Assembly: GCA_963663765.2 (NCBI GenBank)
Contig: CAXXUA010000004.1
Location: 64,001-128,000, forward strand
Length of the DNA: 64,000 nt
Origin: Candidatus Poribacteria bacterium
GTDB lineage: Bacteria > Poribacteria > WGA-4E > WGA-3G
Direction: 5' to 3'
How positions within the stretch are numbered: position 1 is the stretch's first letter; each line of letters starts with the position of its first letter. The position numbers and the translations under genes are program-made. The notes under the pieces are model-generated. The model was given only the letters and a program-made list of their open reading frames with translations, ran no database searches and was not told the origin of the DNA. This document shows positions 16,942 to 27,108 of this stretch, in pieces.

Positions 16942-19431
16942 ATGAATAAAAAAACAATTCATATTTCTTTAACATTTTATATTTTTTTGTATGTTCTTCT
17001 AATAGTTATATCTGAAACAATTGCAGATCCTGTGGACATTCCTGATCCTGGCCTTCGCAAAGCATTAGAAGTGATGCTTAATAAGAAGCCGGGTGAAATA
17101 ATTACTGAGGCGGAAATGGGAGCGGAGAATTTCAAAATCCTTGGTGCACAGGAAAGGAATATTAACGATTTAACAGGACTTGAATTTGCAACCAACCTTC
17201 AATATGTATATCTTGAGTGGAATTCAATCTCAGATTTGTCACCGTTGTCAGAATTAACCAGTTTGGAACATTTACATCTTGAACATAACCAAATATCAGA
17301 CATTTCACCTCTCTCTAACTTTCCTGCACTAAAGAGTCTTAACATTTCATACAACAATCTTACAAGTCTGGAAGGTTTACCAGACCTAAGTTTGGTGTAT
17401 GCGCTCTTTTTACAACACAACCAAATAACCAGCATTAAACCTTTTATAGATCACACCGAATTCACCAGTGTCAATGACCCATATCGTGTTAATGTAGACT
17501 TGGAGGGTAACCCATTAGACGATGATTCTGCAAATATTTACTTTCCAATACTGTTTTTTGATAGAAGTATTGATGTATCTTTCACACTCACATTCATGAA
17601 GAAGGTTTCAGGTGATAAACAAACGGCATCCACCAACACGACGCTGCAACCGTTTGTCATCGAAGTATACAATTACAAAAATGAAAAACTATCGGGAGTC
17701 GCTGTGCGATTTGAACTTACTTCTGGTAGTGGTAGTTTTGTCAATGGTTACAAAAAATATGGTTACGAATCTTTTGATACGACAACTGATGCCGATGGCA
17801 AGGCTTCAGCAACACTAACTGCCGGATCAACAGCTGGCACTTACAAGATTTCTGTGTCTGCAACAATCGTGTATTCAAGTCATATTGGATCAGTAGGCAC
17901 TGGACCCTTTACTTTAACAATTAATGATCCCACACCAACTCAACAACAGGAAACAACACAACAAGAGCAAGAAGAAAATACACAACAACAGGAAACAACA
18001 CAAGAAGAGCAAGAAGAAAATATACAACAACAGGAAACGCAACAACAAGAAGAGGAAACGCAACAACAGGAAACAACACAACAAGTTAGTGAAGAACAAC
18101 AGGAAACAACACAACAACCTGAAACAAAGAACCTGTCTGAACCTGATCCAGATACACAATCTGAACAAAATCTGGAATCTGAGTCAGAACAACAGGAAAC
18201 AACACAACAAGTGAGTGAAGAACAACAGGAAACAACACAACAACCTGAAACAAAGAACCTGTCTGAACCTGATCCAGATACACAATCTGAACAAAATCTG
18301 GAATCTGAGTCAGAACAACAGGAAACAACACAACAAGATATTGAAGCACAACTATTGTCTAAATCTGAATCAGATATACAATCTGAACAACAACTTGAAC
18401 CGGAACCAGAAACAAATTATACTAAAATACCATTTGATTATCACTGGGAAAATGTTGGTAAAGTCGTTATTAGTGAGATTATGTTAGCGACGCTTGGAAA
18501 ATTTCCACAATGGATAGAGTTATACAATACTACTGATCAAGACATAGAGTTGAATGGGTGGAAAATCGTTGGAAGATATAAAGATGATTTAGATGCGGTA
18601 CACATATTAGAATCTCAAGTAATTACAATGTCAATAACAATAAAGGCTAAAGAAACAGTTTTATTAGTAAGTTATACATTACCAAATTTTAGGGACAGAG
18701 TTTCTGAAGGTTTTTCAAACAAAATCTGTTCTTTACAAGCAGCATCAATTAACCTTTGCAATTATAAGGGTCTCGTATTAGAATTACAAGATTCAGAAGG
18801 TAACCCTATTGATCGTATTGGCAATCTAAACGATAAGGACGAAATCGTATGGGAAATTCCTATACTTGTTCGAAATAAAAGAGTTTCTCTTATACGAAGA
18901 CTAAAATCGGTTCGATCACAAGAATATAATTTTTCATTTGGAATGAAAAAATTCGGTTGGTTTCCTGCAGAAAATGTAAAGGATTTGCGTGATAGTAATA
19001 ATCGTTATTTTTATGGCAGTTCAACTGATATCGGAACTCCAGGCTATAGAACAGAATCTGGTGAAATGTTACCTGTTACTTTATCATCGTTTCGTCCTCA
19101 ACTGAATCAAGATGGCCATGTTAGGTTGAGTTGGATTACTGAATCGGAATTAGAAAATGCTGGTTTCAATATCTTGCGTAGTGAGTTTAGAAAAGGTCCG
19201 TTTGTAAAAGTCAATCCGAAACTCATACAAGGTGCTGGTACGACGGGACAACGTAGTTTCTATTCCTGGACAGATACAACAGCAAAACCTGATGTTGAAT
19301 ATTACTACCGACTTGAAGATGTAGCTTTTTCAGGTGAACGACAAACCTTAACAACAAAACGTATAAAAGGAATGCTTTCAGCCAAGAATAGATTTACAAC
19401 GCAATGGGGACGACTAAAATCAAGACATTAA
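16942..19431 (+). CDS. Secreted internalin-like LRR protein with Ig-like domain, Q/E/T-rich linker, lamin-tail-like domain and TTxWGxLK C-terminal motif
   Basis: Signal peptide, IPDPGLR cap, LxxLxLxxNxIxD repeats, KVSGD.Q Ig-like motif, VVISEIM...QWIELYN, LPVTLSSF and FTTQWGRLK. Confidence 0.85.
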   Translation: MNKKTIHISLTFYIFLYVLLIVISETIADPVDIPDPGLRKALEVMLNKKPGEIITEAEMGAENFKILGAQERNINDLTGLEFATNLQYVYLEWNSISDLSPLSELTSLEHLHLEHNQISDISPLSNFPALKSLNISYNNLTSLEGLPDLSLVYALFLQHNQITSIKPFIDHTEFTSVNDPYRVNVDLEGNPLDDDSANIYFPILFFDRSIDVSFTLTFMKKVSGDKQTASTNTTLQPFVIEVYNYKNEKLSGVAVRFELTSGSGSFVNGYKKYGYESFDTTTDADGKASATLTAGSTAGTYKISVSATIVYSSHIGSVGTGPFTLTINDPTPTQQQETTQQEQEENTQQQETTQEEQEENIQQQETQQQEEETQQQETTQQVSEEQQETTQQPETKNLSEPDPDTQSEQNLESESEQQETTQQVSEEQQETTQQPETKNLSEPDPDTQSEQNLESESEQQETTQQDIEAQLLSKSESDIQSEQQLEPEPETNYTKIPFDYHWENVGKVVISEIMLATLGKFPQWIELYNTTDQDIELNGWKIVGRYKDDLDAVHILESQVITMSITIKAKETVLLVSYTLPNFRDRVSEGFSNKICSLQAASINLCNYKGLVLELQDSEGNPIDRIGNLNDKDEIVWEIPILVRNKRVSLIRRLKSVRSQEYNFSFGMKKFGWFPAENVKDLRDSNNRYFYGSSTDIGTPGYRTESGEMLPVTLSSFRPQLNQDGHVRLSWITESELENAGFNILRSEFRKGPFVKVNPKLIQGAGTTGQRSFYSWTDTTAKPDVEYYYRLEDVAFSGERQTLTTKRIKGMLSAKNRFTTQWGRLKSRH
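17940..18336 (+). repeat. Intragenic tandem repeats (QQETTQQ units; 126-bp duplication starting at 18064 and 18190)
   Basis: Two near-identical 126-bp (42-aa) units plus shorter CAACAGGAAACAACACAA units. Confidence 0.9.
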
Positions 19432-19471
19432 CCCAGTTGTATTTCAATGTTCCGACTACTACATAACCACG

Positions 19472-19499
19472 CGGACAATAAACAGTGATTTGTTGTCCG
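19472..19499 (+). terminator. Possible terminator hairpin after the LRR gene
   Basis: CGGACAATAAA-loop-TTTGTTGTCCG followed by AT-rich sequence. Confidence 0.35.
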
Positions 19500-19603
19500 T
19501 TATTATATTAATAAAATTCCGTGAACTTTTTTAGCATTTATATGACTAATAAGATGTAAATATCAATATCTTATGTTTATGAAAATTTGGAGATCTGATA
19601 AAA

Positions 19604-20935
19604 ATGAAGTTTATTGCACCAGTATTTATTTTTTTGATCCTTGTTTGTACTGCACTCCCTTGTTTTGGACATGGTGACGAGGAAGTTGCAGAAGATCAAG
19701 AGATGGTCAAATCAACCGGTTTATGGATATACAACGACCTTGAAAAAGGAATAACACAAGCTGAAGAGACAGGTAAACCGATGCTTGTTGTTTTCCGCTG
19801 AGTACCGTGAGTGTCCTGTCAAGGCATTGATGAACAGGTTGTTCGTCACGAAGAATCAATAAAAGATTTAATGGAACAGTTTGTATGTGTACGCATCGTA
19901 CAAGGTAACGGTATTGACCTATCTGTCTTTCAATTTGATTACGATCTCACTTTTGCAGCTTTTTTCATGAACGTTGATAAAACCATTTATGGTCGCTTCG
20001 GTACACGTGCAGAATACAGAAACGCTGCAAAGAATATATCTGTTGAAGGTTTTAAGCAAGCACTTGAAGCAGCACTTGAATTACACAAAGGTTATCCTGA
20101 CAACCAAGCAGTTTTAGCTGCAAAGACTGGTCCTGCTCCTTTAAAGAAAACACCAGAAGCATTTCCCGCATTACAACGATATCCATCTGATGTAAATTTA
20201 AGTAGACGTGTAGAAGGACAGTGTATACATTGCCACCAGATTGGTAAAGCACAACGTGAGATACATTGGTATGATAGGAAACCCGTACCAGATCAAGTGC
20301 TATATCCATTCCCAATGCCCGATGTGTTAGGGTTGAACTTTTCACCTAAACATCGTGCAAAAATTAGTAAGATTACACAAGGTTCGTCAGCAGAAAAAGA
20401 TGGTTTCAAACGCGCTGATGAAATTTTAACACTTGCTGGACAACCGATAATCTCAATTGCTGATATTCAATGGGTGTTACACCGTGCAAAAGACCACGAT
20501 GTATTACCAGTTACTGTGCTTCGTCATGGTGAAGAAATCAATCTTAATCTAACACTCAACAAAGGTTGGCGGAAAGCAAGCGACATCTCCTGGCGAACGA
20601 CAACCTATGAATTACGGCTTGTATCCTTGGGAGGTATGATACTTGAAGACTTGTCGAACACTGAACGCAAACAAAGCAATTTAAGCAATGATAATATGGC
20701 TCTGTTTGTTAAGGATTTGATGCGACGTGATCGTCGTGCAAATAGTCAGACAAATGCTCAAAAAGCGGGTATCCGACGAGGAGACATATTAGTCGGTTTC
20801 GGTGAACGAACTGATCGAGTCTCTGAAAGTAATATCATTGGATATGTGCTACAAGAACAAGCCAAAGCCAAGTCTTTACCTGTTAAAATCAACCGAAATG
20901 GAAATTTGTTAGATGTGAACCTATCACTTGAATAG
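19604..20935 (+). CDS. Thioredoxin-like/PDZ-domain selenoprotein (443 aa) with two in-frame UGA codons (UxxU) and a CxxCH motif
   Basis: ORFs 19604-19801 and 19811-20935 are in the same frame, joined by CGC TGA GTA CCG TGA GTG TCC TGT. The UGAs fall at the CxxC position after GKPMLVVFR. SECIS-like hairpin downstream. Confidence 0.85.
19829..19847 (+). promoter_or_regulatory. Putative bacterial SECIS element
   Basis: GATGAAC-AGGTT-GTTCGTC hairpin with a GGU-containing loop, about 27 and 36 nt downstream of the two UGAs. Confidence 0.6.
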
Positions 20936-20953
20936 AAAACGATTTTTCATGAG

Positions 20954-21146
20954 CAGGACTTACGCAGTTTTCATGATCCAATTAAGAATTAAGACGAAAA
21001 CGATGTAATTTTCAGCATTTTTTAGGTTTCCGGCGCGCTTACAAAGCACCAAATCAAGTAATCAACGGAATGAATACCTTATGGTATTCCCCGGGTATGA
21101 ATGCCATTTAGGCATTCCCCGCCTACCGTTAGGTGCGTAAGTCCTG
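20954..21146. mobile_element. MITE family A, copy 2, carrying a nested hairpin micro-insertion
   Basis: Same TIRs; 5-bp duplication ATGAG; extra 71 nt at 21050-21120. Confidence 0.9.
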
Positions 21147-21178
21147 ATGAGAATTATAACTACATTAAAAGGATTGAC

Positions 21179-22375
21179 ATGTTACGTAAAATAACTCTTA
21201 TACTGGTTTTGTTTTCGATAGCTTGTATCGTTGCAATCACAATTAGTGCAATTGAATCTGCAGAAGAAGTTGATGCGGATAAAACAACTGAAATTGCTAA
21301 GATTTCAAAAGAACCGAACATAGTTGCTTTGTCAAAAGTTATGAAAACATTCCGTGATTCATTAACTGAAGAACTGCTTGTCGCTGCCTCCTATCCGCTT
21401 GGACATAAGGAATCGTATTCTTGGTCTAATCTACCAGCATCAAGGAACAGTGATCGTGGTGGTATTGAATTTGCTAAGTTGTCTTTAGATCAATTAACAC
21501 TTTTTCATAAAGTATTAGATGCATTCTTGAGTGATGAAGGTTTGACCAAAGTATCTCTGATAACAAAAAGAGCAAAAACAACACTCAGCGAAATTAAGAC
21601 AGATTTTTGGAATTCACGTCCCTACTTTATTGCCCTGTTTGGTAACCCAGAGACAGATGGTTCTTGGGGATTCCAACTGGATGGACATCATTTAGCATTG
21701 AACTTTCTGGTGCATGGGGATGAGGTTACTATTGTTCCGAATCATCTCGGGACACAACCCACAATCATAGACGGCGCGATAGTGCTTGAAGACGAAAGAA
21801 AACTTGCATTAGCTCTACTCAATAGTCTTGACACCAATCAGAAAACAAAGGCAATACAAAAAAGCACTCGTCGCGGCTTGAAGGTAGGACCTGGAAGCAG
21901 AACTGACCCTTACCTGAATTATGATTACTCAAACTTTGTTGGTGTTGGTTTGAAAGCATCTGAAATGGATGATGCGCAACAACAGAATCTCCGGAAACTG
22001 ATTAAAGCCTATGTCTACAATCTTGAAACTGAGTTTGCAGATATCTGGATGAAAGACATTGACGTTGAACTTGACGACACCTATTTTGCTTGGATCGGCG
22101 GAACAACAGAAAACGATTCCATTTATTATCGTGTGTTCAATCCAGCGGTTTGGATTGAATTTAACGACGAAGCAAGGGGTAGTGATGGTAAACCGAATCA
22201 TATTCATACGATCACCAGAGCACCCAACGGTAAAGACTACGGTATTTTTGCATTGAATAGAGGTCCAAGAACACTATTAGAACACTATGCAATGGCAGAT
22301 CATCATAAATCAAGTAAAGTGTTTTTTGATTATACAACCTCCGATTTATCAGTAAAAAAAGTGAAGGAGCATTAA
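21179..22375 (+). CDS. DUF3500 domain secreted protein
   Basis: Y...FG.P...WG....GHHL..N, Y.AW.G, YYR and NHIH motifs. ATG 21179 follows AAAAGGA and precedes a signal peptide; the ORF-track start lies inside the MITE. Confidence 0.8.
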   Translation: MLRKITLILVLFSIACIVAITISAIESAEEVDADKTTEIAKISKEPNIVALSKVMKTFRDSLTEELLVAASYPLGHKESYSWSNLPASRNSDRGGIEFAKLSLDQLTLFHKVLDAFLSDEGLTKVSLITKRAKTTLSEIKTDFWNSRPYFIALFGNPETDGSWGFQLDGHHLALNFLVHGDEVTIVPNHLGTQPTIIDGAIVLEDERKLALALLNSLDTNQKTKAIQKSTRRGLKVGPGSRTDPYLNYDYSNFVGVGLKASEMDDAQQQNLRKLIKAYVYNLETEFADIWMKDIDVELDDTYFAWIGGTTENDSIYYRVFNPAVWIEFNDEARGSDGKPNHIHTITRAPNGKDYGIFALNRGPRTLLEHYAMADHHKSSKVFFDYTTSDLSVKKVKEH

Positions 22376-23013
22376 TGTTTGATCAAGTTTTGTCAGAAGT
22401 TGAGCAACAGTGTCGTGAAGAACGGGTTCCAATGTTGGGACCAGATAAAGCAAAGTTACTTGCGACTACTGTTGAAAAGGCTAAACCCTCTCTCATTGTA
22501 GAGTGTGGTACAGCTATAGGTTACTCTGGTTTATGGATATTGCGTGTTTTGAAGACTTTAGGTTTAGGTCGTTTGATCACAGCAGAGATAAATCCTGAAA
22601 GCGCACAACGAGCAAGAGAAAACTTTAAAAAAGCTGGTGTAGCTGACCTTGTTGATTCACGAATTGGAGATGCAGCAGAAATATTAACAACAATTCAAGA
22701 ACCTGTGGATTTTTTGTTCCTTGACAACAACAAGGACGGCTATTACGCTTGTTTTAATGCAATTGAACCACAGTTAACCAGTCCTGCAACGATAGTTGCA
22801 GACAATGTTGGAAGAGCAGATCAGATGGCGGATTATCTGGAACATGTCCGATCTAACTACGAGTCAGAAACCCATTGGTTTGAAAGACGTCGAAGACGCA
22901 GACCTGATAGCGGTGGGGAAGCAAATCGTGGACCACGTAGACGAGACGGTGATGAAGGTAACAGAGGTCCACGCAGACGTGACGGAATGGAAGTTAGTAT
23001 TTTTCGTCGTTGA
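22375..23013 (+). CDS. Class I SAM-dependent O-methyltransferase
   Basis: VECGTAIGYS, GDA, DFLFLD and ADNV motifs; overlaps the upstream stop (TAATG). Confidence 0.9.
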   Translation: MFDQVLSEVEQQCREERVPMLGPDKAKLLATTVEKAKPSLIVECGTAIGYSGLWILRVLKTLGLGRLITAEINPESAQRARENFKKAGVADLVDSRIGDAAEILTTIQEPVDFLFLDNNKDGYYACFNAIEPQLTSPATIVADNVGRADQMADYLEHVRSNYESETHWFERRRRRRPDSGGEANRGPRRRDGDEGNRGPRRRDGMEVSIFRR

Positions 23014-23023
23014 AGTGAAAATA

Positions 23024-24466
23024 TTATTCCTTTTTTGCACAAGGAACAATTATGGAATCCACCATACCGTGTAAGATTTTCTTATCTGCGGGACAGACAG
23101 TTGCTTGGATTCCACCTAATTTGACTGTATCTCCTACGACAAAATAGTATGGACGGAGTAGCGGTCGACACGGCATCTCCTGCATCGCTTCTGTTTCAAA
23201 GTCATAGTATTGCATCCGAACACGTTTTGCAGTGTGAAACTGCTGCATCACGTGAGGTGTATTTTCAAAGGATGCAAGACTATCATTAATTGCAGTTTCC
23301 CACTCCTCTGTAGGTAGATCATGTCCGATTTTCACACCACGACTTCCCCATGCGAGTTCTGAAAAACCTGATGGTTTTATGACTAATTCACGTTGCTTTT
23401 GTGTAACGGTACTTAGTTGCTTCCAATCGGTTAAAGCGATTCCGTCAATATCCAGGTTTGGAATAACTGCGTGTGGTGGTAATGGACGAGGATCGAGAAT
23501 CCAAGTTTGTGGTATCACTTCCTGAAGAAAAGAATGAGACTTCTTCCCAAGCTGACGTTGCCAGAACGGTTGTAGAGATGAATGGTGAAAGAGAGCAAGA
23601 CATAACTTTTCTTCCAAATATGCTTTTGGTGGTGGTGTCATCATAACGGTGCGTTTCTTTGCACTATAGAAAATCAGTTCTACTTTTGGAATGTTCGGTA
23701 GATCAAACATTTCATAAAATCGGTATACAACATCAACTTTATATTTTCCGTGATTATCTTCAACTAAGAGTCCCTCTTCAGTAAAAGCGATTTCAGGTGT
23801 TTTGAGTGCAACTGTTCTAAGTCCAGCATCACAAAGAGCATCCGCAAGCCATATCATCTCTGGATGATAGTCCTCAGATTCATCTGACACCACAATCGCA
23901 AGGGTAGCATCCTTTTTCTTTGCTAAAGCGCGAATCATCTCGGCAAATCCAACCACCATACCATCTTTACCCCCGATGATGTCATATCCGAGTTTTGTAT
24001 ATAGTCGTGCCAGACAACCTGTTCCACCGATGAAGCCTGGTATAGAGTCCAACTCAGTTATTACGCGTTCCTCATCGGAAGTGGGTAATATATCTGGTCG
24101 CATGACACCGGGAAGTTGTGTTTTAAAGCGGTTCATTCGTCCTTGCTGGATGACACTTTCCGGTTTGCCAATATCTAAGTATTCTGCGACCCAATCAGGT
24201 TGAATACCTCGAACACTTTGAGAATAAAGGAGATTACATGCGCGGTAAAATGTTAAAAGGTGAGGACCGAGTTCTTCTAACCAGTTCAGTTCTGACTCAG
24301 TTAGCCAGAACGGTTCGGGTGAGATTCGCCATGAGGTATTGCAATCGTGATGGACTGCCCTTTTTTCTGCGGTAAATAATTTCTCTTTCGGTATTTCGTC
24401 ATTAATTAACAGACATAACTGTTTTGCATCCAAACTATAACTCCCAAATGAAAATAATGTTGTCAA
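23024..24466 (-). CDS. ATP-grasp-like peptide ligase (glutathionylspermidine synthase/circularly permuted ATP-grasp-like)
   Basis: RPD...TELDS.PG, VYRFYE, VIKPSG...WGSRGV..G motifs. Confidence 0.55.
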   Translation of the reverse strand: MTTLFSFGSYSLDAKQLCLLINDEIPKEKLFTAEKRAVHHDCNTSWRISPEPFWLTESELNWLEELGPHLLTFYRACNLLYSQSVRGIQPDWVAEYLDIGKPESVIQQGRMNRFKTQLPGVMRPDILPTSDEERVITELDSIPGFIGGTGCLARLYTKLGYDIIGGKDGMVVGFAEMIRALAKKKDATLAIVVSDESEDYHPEMIWLADALCDAGLRTVALKTPEIAFTEEGLLVEDNHGKYKVDVVYRFYEMFDLPNIPKVELIFYSAKKRTVMMTPPPKAYLEEKLCLALFHHSSLQPFWQRQLGKKSHSFLQEVIPQTWILDPRPLPPHAVIPNLDIDGIALTDWKQLSTVTQKQRELVIKPSGFSELAWGSRGVKIGHDLPTEEWETAINDSLASFENTPHVMQQFHTAKRVRMQYYDFETEAMQEMPCRPLLRPYYFVVGDTVKLGGIQATVCPADKKILHGMVDSIIVPCAKKE

Positions 24467-24472
24467 TTATCC

Positions 24473-26056
24473 TTAGAGAATAACCTGCTTGACAGAATCT
24501 ATTTTATCCTGTGCAGCGATTGACTTGATGACATTGCGCGGAACGAAACTATCCACATTAATAAGGGTCAACGCAACATCTTCAATGCGGGATCGACCCA
24601 CCGTCATATCCGCTATGTTTATATTGTGTTCTCCCAAGATGGTACCCATAAGTCCAATAATCCCAGGTTGGTCTCGATTGCTAATGAGGAGAATATGTCC
24701 TTCAGGAGTTGCATTTAGATCAAGTTGGTTGATGCGAACAATGCGTATCTCTTTGCGTCCGAAGGTTGTCCCAGCAAGGATTGTATCACCTTTATCGGTT
24801 GTAACGGTGACTGTGATCAAGTTTGAATAATCAGTCTCTGCATCGCTCTTGGTCTGTGTCACGGAAATTCCGCGTTGTTTAACCAAGAAAGGAGCATTCA
24901 CATAATTTACCTCTGATATCACAGGTGTCAATAGACCTTTCTGTAATGCGACTGTAATCGGTTTAACATCCTCTTGTTGAAAAAGAGTTCCACTATATTG
25001 AATTTTGATTGTAGATATTTGACCTTCAACTATTTGCGCGTGGAAACTACCAATTTTCTCTGCAAGTTCAAGATAAGGACCCAAGATGTCATACATTCTC
25101 GGATCAATTTTGGGTTGATTGACAGCATTAGCGACAGGTTTACCTTGAAGTGCGTTAATGACTTGTTGTGCGACTTCAATGGATACATGTTCTTGTGCTT
25201 CGGTTGTGGATGCACCAAGGTGAGGTAGAGCGAGGACGTTATCCAATTCAAGGAGTGGACTGTCAATTGCGGGTTCGTCTTCAAACACATCAAGCGCAGC
25301 ACCAGCGATCTGTTTATCTTTCAATGCAGCGTAGAGTGCAGTTTCTTCTATGATACCGCCACGTGCACAATTGATGATTCTCGCGGTAGGTTTCATGAGT
25401 TTTATTTCAGATTCACCAATGCTGTGGTAGGTTTCTGCGGTAAGAAGTGCATGAACAGAGATAAAATCAGATTCACGAAAGAGCGAATCACGGTCAACGA
25501 GACGCACACCCATTTTATCAGCTGAGTTTGCGGTAATGAATGGGTCAAAAGCAATGAGTTTCATCTCAAATGCATTTGCACGTTTTGCGACTTCACGTCC
25601 AATTTTCCCAAGACCAACAGTTCCAAATACTTTACCGTAAAGTTCAACGCCAATATAATCATTTCGTTCCCAAATACGATCTCTAAGTGATATTCCTGCA
25701 GGAACAAGGTTTCGTGCTAATGCTAGCAACATTGCGATGGTGTGTTCCGCTGCTGCGATTGTATTACCATCAGGAGTATTTACAACTAAAATGCCGCTTT
25801 TTGTAGCTGCTTCAACGTCGATATTATCTACACCGACTCCTGCACGTCCGATTACCTTAAGCTGCTTTGCTGCATCAATAACATCTGCTGTTACTCTTGT
25901 CCCACTTCTAATCAATAGTGCATCATAATCCGCAATACGTTTTAACAAATTCTCATGTGACAATTCTAACTCAACATCTACCTTGAAGTCACCATTGTTG
26001 ATTAAGACATCTAATCCTTGCTGCGATAGCAAATCACTAATCAGCACTTTGTTCAT
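24473..26056 (-). CDS. serA: D-3-phosphoglycerate dehydrogenase
   Basis: GRAGVGVDNID, GLGKIG, INCARGG, PHLGAST and C-terminal ACT domain; ATG 26056 follows GGAGG. Confidence 0.95.
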   Translation of the reverse strand: MNKVLISDLLSQQGLDVLINNGDFKVDVELELSHENLLKRIADYDALLIRSGTRVTADVIDAAKQLKVIGRAGVGVDNIDVEAATKSGILVVNTPDGNTIAAAEHTIAMLLALARNLVPAGISLRDRIWERNDYIGVELYGKVFGTVGLGKIGREVAKRANAFEMKLIAFDPFITANSADKMGVRLVDRDSLFRESDFISVHALLTAETYHSIGESEIKLMKPTARIINCARGGIIEETALYAALKDKQIAGAALDVFEDEPAIDSPLLELDNVLALPHLGASTTEAQEHVSIEVAQQVINALQGKPVANAVNQPKIDPRMYDILGPYLELAEKIGSFHAQIVEGQISTIKIQYSGTLFQQEDVKPITVALQKGLLTPVISEVNYVNAPFLVKQRGISVTQTKSDAETDYSNLITVTVTTDKGDTILAGTTFGRKEIRIVRINQLDLNATPEGHILLISNRDQPGIIGLMGTILGEHNINIADMTVGRSRIEDVALTLINVDSFVPRNVIKSIAAQDKIDSVKQVIL

Positions 26057-26186
26057 AGTTTTAAATCCTCCCGCCAAAGCAGCTTTGAGCATTTGCAATT
26101 GTAGCACTTAAGGTTAGCGGTGTCAATATATTTTCAAAGATTACTTGTGGTTTTTCTGGTATTAGCAACAAAGTTTTATGTTGCAT

Positions 26187-27083
26187 TCATTTTGGATCGC
26201 AATAAGAATCGGACTTTAAATCAACCTTTTTAACGTTTACTTCATCCCCTATTTTCAATCCATAGCGAGCACTTGCATTGCCTAAATTTACTGAAATCTC
26301 TAATAGGCCGAAACTACTAATGATAGCTAAAGGTTCACCCGGTTTCGACTCGGAATAGGAACTGTTTAGTTTCTGTAATCTGACTGATCCTGCTATAATT
26401 TCGTAACAAAGTTGGTATTGTTGTTTGTATAGTTTTCCTGTTGTGGATTCATTTGAAGAACCAGATAAAAGAAACTGTGCAAGAAAATCCTCTGAAATAT
26501 TTGTAATCAAATTCCCAAAACTGTCGACTTTGATGACTTCACCTGTCAAAGTGGTTTCATCTATATTTACCATTGGTACAGTAAATCGGACAAATTTACA
26601 TAATGGAGTTCCAAAATCAGTAAGGGGTACACCGAGGGATAGATGAGCTGCAATAGGTGCAAAAATATCTCTACCATGGAAGGTGTTACTGACTTTAGGT
26701 AATAAGTAGTCAGTGTTTTGTATAGTAACAGCATTGGGTTTGTTAATGTTTTCAGTATCAGTTTTGTGTAGCAGATAACTTAGTACACCGTTGTTAGGAC
26801 AAACAAATAATGCGTTATCTGTTTGACACACAATTGCTTGTCGATTGCTGCCGACACCAGGATCTACGACAATGACATGTATTGTGTCTTCTGGGAAGAA
26901 ACGGTATGAGGAATGGATTGATAATGCTGCTTGGTGTATATCATGAGGCGGAATCGCGTGCGTCAGATCAACAACTTTGACATTTGGATTTATGTTTAGG
27001 ATGACTCCTTTCATGACACCGACATACACATCGCTTGTACCAAAATCGGTTGTTAGTGTAATGACGCGTGGAGATTTGTTCAT
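26187..27083 (-). CDS. SAM hydroxide adenosyltransferase/chlorinase-fluorinase family (DUF62)
   Basis: ITLTTDFG, VVDPGVGS.R, TFHGRDIFAP and D.FGNL motifs. Confidence 0.92.
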   Translation of the reverse strand: MNKSPRVITLTTDFGTSDVYVGVMKGVILNINPNVKVVDLTHAIPPHDIHQAALSIHSSYRFFPEDTIHVIVVDPGVGSNRQAIVCQTDNALFVCPNNGVLSYLLHKTDTENINKPNAVTIQNTDYLLPKVSNTFHGRDIFAPIAAHLSLGVPLTDFGTPLCKFVRFTVPMVNIDETTLTGEVIKVDSFGNLITNISEDFLAQFLLSGSSNESTTGKLYKQQYQLCYEIIAGSVRLQKLNSSYSESKPGEPLAIISSFGLLEISVNLGNASARYGLKIGDEVNVKKVDLKSDSYCDPK

Positions 27084-27108
27084 ACTGATGTGCTATACCG
27101 TGATTACC

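Noticed and set aside
19604-20935. Pseudogene, two separate genes, or an alternative genetic code
   Set aside because: Both UGAs sit at the CxxC positions with a SECIS-like hairpin. UGA is an ordinary stop elsewhere (e.g. 23011, 31336, 50405), so global recoding is excluded.
21101-21178. ORF-track start of the DUF3500 gene (MPFRHSPPTV)
   Set aside because: Lies inside the MITE micro-insert; the same peptide appears at 48052.
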